Source of the DNA: Nitrospirota bacterium
Lineage (GTDB): Bacteria; Nitrospirota; UBA9217
Direction of reading: 5' to 3'
DNA: 64,000 nt
NCBI GenBank assembly: GCA_963790205.1
Contig: CAWBNQ010000010.1
Coordinates: forward strand, 64,001 to 128,000
Shown here: positions 57,090-64,000 of the stretch, one piece after another
How positions within the stretch are numbered: the stretch's first letter is position 1
Layout of the letters: each line of letters begins with the position of its first letter
The notes under the pieces: model-generated
What the model was told of the DNA's origin: nothing
The model's input: the letters and a program-made list of their open reading frames with translations, nothing else
Databases searched by the model: none
Made by a program: the position numbers and the translations under genes

Positions 57090-57887
57090 TTACTTTTCCA
57101 AAGACTCGTAGGTCTCTCTCGGCGACGGCGGGTTCTGGCCGTGGCAGTCCGAGCAGTTGTTCTGAGAGGTAATGCCGTTCGCGATAACATTGTAGAGCGG
57201 CTTGTGTTTCGGTTTATACGACCCGGTATCATGGTACTCGTTCAGCATCCCGGCCGCTTCCATAGCAACGTTTGCTGCCATGCGGGCGCACCGCTCCTGC
57301 CGCTCATTCGTCAGGAAGCCGACTCCTTCCGCCCGCATCCACTTCCCAACGGAAATATGGCAAATGGGGGTCCCGGACATGGTCATATGCTTGATCGGGG
57401 CCTTCTGCACCTTTGCCGGCGTGAAGCTCGGCAGGTCCGTATACGAATAATAAAAAGCAAGGTCATTGGTCATTGCTTCGGCTACGTCGGTGTCCTTGGT
57501 CACGAGACCGATGATTACTCCCGCGCCGGGCATGGTGCCGCACAGCGTGCCCCAGCCCGCGAACCCGCCGTGCGCCCATCGGTAGGCATCAATCGGAAAA
57601 TCATTCCATCCGGCCGCGCCCTTCTTCTTCAGGTTCTCGGCAAAACCGGCAATGACCGAGGACGTGCACCATCTCTTGAAGTAGTTATCATATGTTATTT
57701 GGCCTACTTCGCGCGGGTCCAGCTTTGCATACTTGAATACCGCCGCTCCCGTGTTTTCGTAAGCATCAGATTTTTTTACCGCGCTGAGGACTGCCATGGA
57801 TGCTATCGCAGCGCCTGCCGCGATCTTTCCGCCGGTGATCAGCATATCTCTTCTGGAAAGTTCATTTTTCGTTTCCGTGCTATTCAT
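57090..57887 (-). CDS. Tat-exported C-GCAxxG-C-C family protein (split-Soret cytochrome c-like)
   Basis: SRRDML Tat motif, GWGTLCG, PICHISVGKW, ERCAR, C-terminal CSDCH. Confidence 0.75.
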   Translation of the reverse strand: MNSTETKNELSRRDMLITGGKIAAGAAIASMAVLSAVKKSDAYENTGAAVFKYAKLDPREVGQITYDNYFKRWCTSSVIAGFAENLKKKGAAGWNDFPIDAYRWAHGGFAGWGTLCGTMPGAGVIIGLVTKDTDVAEAMTNDLAFYYSYTDLPSFTPAKVQKAPIKHMTMSGTPICHISVGKWMRAEGVGFLTNERQERCARMAANVAMEAAGMLNEYHDTGSYKPKHKPLYNVIANGITSQNNCSDCHGQNPPSPRETYESLEK

Positions 57888-58183
57888 GATATAGCCTCCT
57901 GCCACGTGAGATTATTCAATGCGTTGCAGCATTGAAGATTGATTTGCCGTGCACAATTGAAAAATACGAATTTCACCATCGGGAGTCGAAAAAACGACTC
58001 GGCTTCGATCACATCATCATGTGCGAGCATGAGATCGCGGATATGCCGAAGCGGAGCCGAGCTTAAAGGGGAGGAATGTCCGTAACGGACAATCCGTGCG
58101 CAGACGTACGCACGCACGTATGCCTGCGCTGTTATGAAATTAAAAGCTCTCGACTTCGGTTTTTGTGATGAGAGGGCTGCTGA

Positions 58184-58468
58184 TCAGGCTTTAGGGGGAC
58201 GTTCGTCTTGAAAAATGATGACTGAAGGTTTAAAAAGGGGATTCGCGATTTCAGCAACTTTGTTCAATGCTAACGGAAGAGGACGGCATGCACATTCGTT
58301 TATACAGGGCATATCGCCGTTCGAGGAAAGGGCCGGCGTTGTCGAGTGGCAAACGTCGAGGGCACCGATTGCCGCCATCGCGCCGTGATCAGACAGAAAA
58401 GGCAACGAGGGTGGAACAGCGATACTGAGGGCGATTGCCGTAAGAACGATTAATGCTTGCCATTTCAT
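58184..58468 (-). CDS. Small Cys/His-containing membrane-targeted protein, DUF2946-like
   Basis: Hydrophobic N-terminus, VCH, CINECAC, C-terminal ERPPKA. Confidence 0.5.
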   Translation of the reverse strand: MKWQALIVLTAIALSIAVPPSLPFLSDHGAMAAIGALDVCHSTTPALSSNGDMPCINECACRPLPLALNKVAEIANPLFKPSVIIFQDERPPKA

Positions 58469-58759
58469 GGTTGCAACAGAATACATAGAAACGAAGAGCG
58501 AAGTCAAGCTATAATTCTAAATTTAGATTCATTATCCATCTTCCGTTTCATGCTCTATTCTTGCATTCTCATCATCCAAGCTCTTTCCCCGTCGCCATGG
58601 TGAGTTTATCGTGTTTGACTCTTGATATAGACCCTTGCAAGTTCCCTTTGCCTAATTCGTGAACCCATGATTGCAATAAGCATGGATGGTGCCGCGAGAG
58701 ACGGTAAAAAAGATGCATATACTTGATCCGCCTTCTTGGACTTTGACGTTAGCCGGTTT

Positions 58760-58836
58760 TGTGCGATATCAGAAATAGGGGGTCAGTTGTTTTTTCAGGC
58801 TTTGACGCGCCCGCTGGATCAGGGATTCGACCGCGG
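58760..58836 (-). repeat. Copy of the ECF sigma gene 3' end
   Basis: Encodes PAVESLIQRARQSLKKQLTPYF*. Matches 59791-59866. Confidence 0.9.
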
Positions 58837-58974
58837 GATTGGAGGGGAGCGGGCTTCTTACTTACACGGAGCAGAGCGAACCATTTCATGTGCTGCAATA
58901 TGCCTTGCAGCATCGAACATCATGCTGATACAGTTCACCAGGGCCAGACCTGTGAAGATCTATCCCGGGGACCG

Positions 58975-59352
58975 CTATTCGTAAAACTCGCCGCGCTCAA
59001 ACATAGGGTAATGCTTCTTGTTCATTGTCCAGAGTTTGAAAACGTTCACTTTCGCGGCCGCTCCGACGAGGGCGTCCGCCATGGTCACCGAATGCGACTT
59101 GCCGTAGGTGTGAAGAAACTCGCCCGCGAGTTTCCCCATCCTCCTGTCGATATCAAGGATATTCAACGCATCGATAAACGTCTCCAGCTTGACTTTCTCT
59201 TTGGGCCGCATTCCGGAATATAATTCCGCCACCTGCACCGGCGTGATAAAGACATGCCCGTTTGTCTCAAGGAGGGTGTTTTTAAAGCGTTCCACGAGGG
59301 CCTGGTCCTGCCTCAGTATCCAGATGAGAATATCGGTGTCGGCCACTACCAT
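58975..59352 (-). CDS. VapC/PIN-domain toxin
   Basis: VVADTDILI, AELYSG, MADALVGAAA, LWTMNKKHY. Confidence 0.9.
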   Translation of the reverse strand: MVVADTDILIWILRQDQALVERFKNTLLETNGHVFITPVQVAELYSGMRPKEKVKLETFIDALNILDIDRRMGKLAGEFLHTYGKSHSVTMADALVGAAAKVNVFKLWTMNKKHYPMFERGEFYE

Positions 59353-59582
59353 GCCTTCCGGTCCCTTCGCGCGGCGCGGATGAACCCGTCAACGTCAAAT
59401 TGCCTGTCCCTCCAAAGGCCGCTTACGCTGTCCGTCGCCCTGAGCATCTTTTCCACCCTGCTGCTCAGCTTTTTTTGCACGCTCTCCCGGATGATTTCCG
59501 ATATAGAGAGGCCTTTGAGTCTGCTTTCCTTTTTCAAGTTCCCGTAGGTCTTGTCATCGATATAGATTTGGGTGCGTTTCAT
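59346..59582 (-). CDS. CopG/RHH antitoxin (VapB-like)
   Basis: MKRTQIYID..SISEIIRE..GLWRDR. Overlaps the PIN gene start. Confidence 0.85.
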   Translation of the reverse strand: MKRTQIYIDDKTYGNLKKESRLKGLSISEIIRESVQKKLSSRVEKMLRATDSVSGLWRDRQFDVDGFIRAARRDRKAW

Positions 59583-59799
59583 GTTCCGCCTCCGGTATGA
59601 TGTATATATACATTATACTAAAAATATTATTCAAAGGCAACCGAAACCTTATTATTGATGCGTTTTCCATGACGGTGAATGAGGATCCTGGTCATGCTAT
59701 GCCTTGCTGATCATCTCCACCAGTTCATCGTGCTTCTTTTCCGATATCTTCTTTCCCGGCAGGGTCCGGAACAGGATCGGCAGGCTTGTTTATGCGATG

Positions 59800-60360
59800 T
59801 CAAAGATAGGGGCTCAATTGTTTTTTCAGGTTTTGGCGTGCCCGCTGGATCAGGGAGTCCACCGCGGACGCGGAGATGCCCATTATCCTGCTGATCTCTT
59901 CGTAAGAGAACTCGTTGTATTGCCTTAAAAGTATTGCTATCCTCTGATTTCCCGGGAGGTTTTGGATTGCCTTGCGAACCGCTGCGCTCAGTTCCGAATT
60001 TTGAGCCGCTTTTTGGGGCGAGAAGGCCTCAGGAGCCGTGATGGGATATTCCTGCTCATGCAGGTCTGACAGATCGACAAGCTTCGGATTGTTCTTATTG
60101 TCCCTGAGTTCATTCAAGCACAGGTTCGTGGCTATGGTAAAAAGCCAGGTTTTGAATTTTGCCTGCGGCTTATAGTCCTTTGCAGCCTTGAATACCCGCA
60201 GAAATACTTCCTGGGCAATATCCTCCGCCGAATCCCTGTCTCCCGTAAACCGTGCGATAAAACTTATTAAAGGTTTATGATGGAGTTCAACGATGGTCCG
60301 GAATGCCGCCAGGTCCCCCCCGGCAACGTCTGTCATTATTTTTGCTTCAGGTTCCTTCAT
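59800..60360 (-). CDS. ECF RNA polymerase sigma factor
   Basis: AEDIAQEVFL, FKTWLFTIATN, LPGNQR, SYEEIS..AVDSLIQRAR. Confidence 0.93.
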   Translation of the reverse strand: MKEPEAKIMTDVAGGDLAAFRTIVELHHKPLISFIARFTGDRDSAEDIAQEVFLRVFKAAKDYKPQAKFKTWLFTIATNLCLNELRDNKNNPKLVDLSDLHEQEYPITAPEAFSPQKAAQNSELSAAVRKAIQNLPGNQRIAILLRQYNEFSYEEISRIMGISASAVDSLIQRARQNLKKQLSPYL

Positions 60361-60415
60361 CTGCGGGTAATTCTGCCTTAAAAGGAGCAATGAAGCAAGT
60401 GGTTTGATCACGCAC

Positions 60416-60450
60416 AAAAAAGGGCGGGATTTATTGCCTCCCGCCCTTCT
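60416..60450 (-). terminator. Intrinsic terminator
   Basis: aagggcggga...tcccgccctt hairpin with a T tract on the minus strand. Confidence 0.65.
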
Positions 60451-60467
60451 CATTACAATTCAATAAA

Positions 60468-61280
60468 TTACTTTTTAACCATCGGCGCTGTCGGAATGTT
60501 TGTCCCGTGGCATTCAGTGCAATCCTGCTGCGCCGTGATCCCCATATCTCTGACAGGCGCCCAATTCGCCTTTGAAACATACTTGCCGTCCTTCCAGTCG
60601 TTCAAATGCTGCACAAGCTGGTAGGCAACGCTCGCTGCGACCCTGGCGCACCGGTCTTTCCGTTCCGGACTGACAAAAGCATAGCCGGATGCTTTCATCC
60701 ATTTGCCGACCGATACATGGCAGAGAGGCGACTGGCTTGTAGTCTGTATGATCTTTGTTTTCTGTTTCGGCTCCTTGGGGAGGTACACGGGAAGCGGCGT
60801 GTTGGAATACCAGTCCATTGTTTCAGACCCGATTAAAGCTCCATTTTCACAATCCGGTCCTGCGATCCGCGGGCCGATAATAACATTGCTGACTATATTT
60901 GCGCCCGCATTGGAGCCGCAGATCGTGCCCCATCCCGCCATGCCGCCTTCGAGAAAAACAAAAGCGTCGCTCGGAAACGACTTGTAGGGCTCGCCCACTT
61001 TTTCACGGAGCTGGCTGAACACGCTGTTGATGACCGCCGCGCCGCAGAAGACCCGATACCATTCGTTATATGCGATATCAGCGGTCTTTTCGGGGTCGAG
61101 TTTTACATAGGGCCAGGGCCACTTTTCCGTCGTGCCGCCAACAGCTTCGGCTTTGGATGTAAAACCGGGAAATGCAGATGCCAGTGCCGTGATGCCTGCG
61201 ACTCCGGCAGCGCATTTCCCCGCGTTAATGAGAAGACCTCTTCTGGTTATTGCCATACCGGACTTTTTTTCCCCTTCCAT
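60468..61280 (-). CDS. Tat-exported C-GCAxxG-C-C family protein (split-Soret cytochrome c-like), paralog of 57090-57887
   Basis: TRRGLL, GWGTICG, PLCHVSVGKW, DRCAR, CTECH. Confidence 0.75.
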   Translation of the reverse strand: MEGEKKSGMAITRRGLLINAGKCAAGVAGITALASAFPGFTSKAEAVGGTTEKWPWPYVKLDPEKTADIAYNEWYRVFCGAAVINSVFSQLREKVGEPYKSFPSDAFVFLEGGMAGWGTICGSNAGANIVSNVIIGPRIAGPDCENGALIGSETMDWYSNTPLPVYLPKEPKQKTKIIQTTSQSPLCHVSVGKWMKASGYAFVSPERKDRCARVAASVAYQLVQHLNDWKDGKYVSKANWAPVRDMGITAQQDCTECHGTNIPTAPMVKK

Positions 61281-61339
61281 GTTTTCCTCCTCGATATCTG
61301 GATTTGAGTTTCTATTCGGTGCTTGAACTCTTCATATGA

Positions 61340-62026
61340 TCATGGATTTTTGTCAAGCCGGCCGTCCTTCAAGTGGTAAACACGGTCAAACCCCTCGATC
61401 ATCCGTACGTCATGCGTCACCACGATGACCGCCGACTGGTTCTCCCTCGCGATCTTCTTCAACAGCTCCATTACCCTCTTCCCCCTGCCGGTGTCGAGGG
61501 AGGCCGTCGGCTCGTCGGCGAGGATCAGTTTCGCCTTGTTCGCCAGCGCGCGCGCGATGGCAACGCGTTGTTGTTCGCCGCCGGAAAGACGCGCCGGCAG
61601 GTAGTCCGCACGGTCCGCGATCTCCATGTATTCCAGAAGCTCCATAACCCGGCGGTCCGCTTCTTCTTTTTTCATGTCCACCAGGCTCAAAGGGAAGAAC
61701 ACGTTCTGCCGGGCGCTCAGGAAGGGGATGAGGTTGTGAGACTGGAAGATAAAGCCTATTTTTTCACGGCGCAGGCGGCGGATGTCCGGAGCAGGCCCCC
61801 CATTCTTGAGGAATATGTCCCGGCCGTCAAAAACGATCCTCCCTCCCGTCGGGTCCAGGATCAGACTGATGCAAAGAAGGAGGGTGGTCTTGCCCGACCC
61901 GCTCGGTCCCAGGAGCGCCACAAGCTCGCCCTGCGAAACAGACAGATTGATGTCTTCGAGCGCCCTGACCTCGAGGTGCCCGGACCCGAAAATCTTGGAC
62001 AGGCCTTCGACTTTGAGAATCTCCAC
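61340..62026 (-). CDS. ABC transporter ATP-binding protein (LolD/MacB-type)
   Basis: [31 protein letters not shown]. Confidence 0.95.
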   Translation of the reverse strand: MEILKVEGLSKIFGSGHLEVRALEDINLSVSQGELVALLGPSGSGKTTLLLCISLILDPTGGRIVFDGRDIFLKNGGPAPDIRRLRREKIGFIFQSHNLIPFLSARQNVFFPLSLVDMKKEEADRRVMELLEYMEIADRADYLPARLSGGEQQRVAIARALANKAKLILADEPTASLDTGRGKRVMELLKKIARENQSAVIVVTHDVRMIEGFDRVYHLKDGRLDKNP

Positions 62027-63225
62027 TAATCGCCTCCCAAAGCCATGGCGGGTTCGGTCCGCAGCGCATGCAAAAGCCCCAGGGTACTGGCAAGGATCCC
62101 CCCCGCGAAAGCCACGATGAACGTGAGAAGGTCGTCGCCCGGCACCCTCAGGATGGTCCTCGGGAACATCTGGTAGGTGTTCTGGATCAGGAGCCAGGCG
62201 AACAGGAAGGCGCTCACCGTCAGAAGGAGCGATTGTTCCATGATCATGCGGATGATCACTGAATTCGGGGCGCCGATGAGTTTCATTACGGCAATACTGC
62301 GGATTTTCTCCATGGTAAAGGTATAGACAACCAGGGAAATAATAACGACGGAAATGATCAGGAGGAGGGTCCTGAACAGCAGAAGCTGCTTGGTCATGCT
62401 GGCCAGCCGCCCCTTGAGCATCAGTTCGATCTCTTCCTGAGTGGTAAATGCGGAGAGGTACTGCCAGTGCTCGATCCGGCGCCCTATACCGGCACGATCA
62501 GCCCCGGGTTTTAATCGGACCAGGATGGCATTGATAATGTGGGTGTCGGGCCGCAAGAGCGTGAGCAATTTTCCGGCCTGGCTTGGCGATAAGGAGCTCT
62601 GCCCGGCAAGGGCACTGACCGACCGTTCCTGCTGGCTGCGCACCTCTTCGTTGTCTCTTTGATAAAGCACTTCCTGGGCGTCGGGCAGGGAGAGATACAC
62701 CAATGCTTCTCCATCCGAAGAGACGGCCTCTTTGGTCAGCCCTACCACCGTATAGGTATGCAGACCCAGAGGGATCCTGTCTCCGATATGCGCTCCCAGC
62801 TTGGCATGAGCGACCATCTCGTAATGGGCCTGCTGGATGCCTCTGCCTGCAAAAATCTTCTGTGGCCCGCCGAGTCCGCCGAAGACATCATATCCGACGA
62901 TGCTGAAATGCCGGCTTATTCCCGCTATCGGCCTTTCCACGGTATAGTAGATAAAAGGACTCGCCTTCTCCACGCCGGGGATAGCCGTGATGCTGTAATG
63001 GTAAAATTCCGGAAGGGTGGACTGCTCGTTAAAGGGCCCGCCCCGGTATCGTTCCACGACCCACAGATCGGGACTGGTAGCATTGATCAGGGCCAGGCCC
63101 TCGAAGATGTTTCCCCGATAGAGGCCGTTCATGGCCAGGACGATGGTGAACAGCAGGCCCACGCCCACGATAGTGGCAATGAACCGCACTTTATGAAGCT
63201 TCAGGTCATGTATTGCTAAATCCAT
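62026..63225 (-). CDS. ABC transporter permease (FtsX/MacB-type)
   Basis: One TM, periplasmic domain, three TM. SIAVMKLIGA. Confidence 0.9.
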   Translation of the reverse strand: MDLAIHDLKLHKVRFIATIVGVGLLFTIVLAMNGLYRGNIFEGLALINATSPDLWVVERYRGGPFNEQSTLPEFYHYSITAIPGVEKASPFIYYTVERPIAGISRHFSIVGYDVFGGLGGPQKIFAGRGIQQAHYEMVAHAKLGAHIGDRIPLGLHTYTVVGLTKEAVSSDGEALVYLSLPDAQEVLYQRDNEEVRSQQERSVSALAGQSSLSPSQAGKLLTLLRPDTHIINAILVRLKPGADRAGIGRRIEHWQYLSAFTTQEEIELMLKGRLASMTKQLLLFRTLLLIISVVIISLVVYTFTMEKIRSIAVMKLIGAPNSVIIRMIMEQSLLLTVSAFLFAWLLIQNTYQMFPRTILRVPGDDLLTFIVAFAGGILASTLGLLHALRTEPAMALGGD

Positions 63226-63286
63226 AATCTCCTTCGATGTCCGGCTTCGATGCCGTGCTCCGGGTGGAATTCATTATCCGCCGTCA

Positions 63287-64000
63287 TTACCGGTACTGTT
63301 TCTCCATGCCCGACTTGATCTCGGGTTTTATTTTTCTGCCCGGCTCGATTCCTGCCGGATTGATGATTACCCTGTCTCCTTCTTTGATCCCCTCCAAAAC
63401 AGCGACCCGTTGTCCGTCCTGCAGCCCGGTAACGACGGGGCGGAACCCGGTTATACCGTCGGAAATCACCATCACTCCTTTGGCTCCGTTCCGCTCCGTT
63501 ACGGCGGACAAGGGCACAACAGGAGCGGTCTGAATGCCCGTATCAATATCAACCTCGGTTTCTTCGCCGATGACCAGGGGGGCGGGAAGAGTGTCGAACA
63601 GCACATCCACCTCCAGTTCACGCGTCACGCTGTCCGCTTCCCTGTTGAGGCGCGTGACTGCTCCGGGGAAAACCCGCCCTGAGCGCAGCGTGATTACGGC
63701 TTTCTGTCCCTCGTGCAATTGGGCTATCTTGGTCTCGTCGATCCATGAGGCCGCCCAGATCTGGTAATTCACCATTTGAAAAATGGGCGCGCCGGGAGAC
63801 ACGGTATCACCCGCTTCCGCCTTGCGCACGATGATGATGCCGTCCATGGGGGCCACAATGCGCGCATAACCGGAGAGCGCTTCAGCCGCATGAGTTTCCG
63901 ACTCCGCCTGGCTTACAGCCGATTCCATGGCATTCACGGCTGCCTGCTGAGCGGCGACATCGCTCTCTGCCACGCCAAGAGCGTTCTTCGTAGTGTCGAA
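63287..64000 (-). CDS. Efflux periplasmic adaptor (HlyD/MacA-type), 5' end outside the window
   Basis: Coiled coil, IVAPMDGII, VPLSAV, GIKEGDRVI. Confidence 0.88.
   Translation of the reverse strand, partial: FDTTKNALGVAESDVAAQQAAVNAMESAVSQAESETHAAEALSGYARIVAPMDGIIIVRKAEAGDTVSPGAPIFQMVNYQIWAASWIDETKIAQLHEGQKAVITLRSGRVFPGAVTRLNREADSVTRELEVDVLFDTLPAPLVIGEETEVDIDTGIQTAPVVPLSAVTERNGAKGVMVISDGITGFRPVVTGLQDGQRVAVLEGIKEGDRVIINPAGIEPGRKIKPEIKSGMEKQYR

Noticed and set aside
59690..59790. Short minus-strand frame LPILFRTLPGKKISEKKHDELVEMISKA*
   Set aside because: May be a gene remnant, but it has no start or RBS and no family could be recognised.
53695..59870. CRISPR, integron or diversity-generating retroelement explanation for the repeated segments
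   Set aside because: Repeats are coding gene ends with kb-scale irregular spacing. There is no cas, intI or reverse transcriptase gene, no attC-like structure, and differences are not adenine-specific.

Overview
GC-rich bacterial chromosome segment from a Gram-negative, probably anaerobic organism. Gene content resembles Nitrospirota/Desulfobacterota, which is inference only. Left arm (minus strand): trpEGDCFBA, then a complete cAMP module (Crp-like protein, CHASE2 adenylate cyclase, class II phosphodiesterase), accD, MFS, DUF362, DUF559 and a polyferredoxin membrane protein. Centre (19.2-38.5 kb): a divergent cluster with predicted sigma-54/IHF promoters, encoding secreted DUF11-type proteins and a ~2000-aa OmpA/beta-barrel protein. 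Its sequence logic suggests an uncharacterised pilus polymerised by donor-strand exchange with intermolecular Lys-Asn isopeptide bonds: an acceptor-only lectin tip, donor+acceptor shaft subunits and a donor-only outer-membrane anchor. This is the main candidate novel system. Right arm: an intact IS4 with a 9-bp target duplication, a solo GyrB/ParE gene, a frameshifted diguanylate cyclase, a nine-CxxCH HAO-like cytochrome, a RuBisCO-like protein and chromate transporters. An ECF sigma/anti-sigma pair is split by ~6 kb of cargo (two TA modules, redox genes) delimited by five copies of the sigma gene 3' end. Short duplicated gene ends and several palindromic repeat families recur throughout. No rRNA, tRNA or CRISPR array was seen. 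All family calls come from motif recognition, not database searches.
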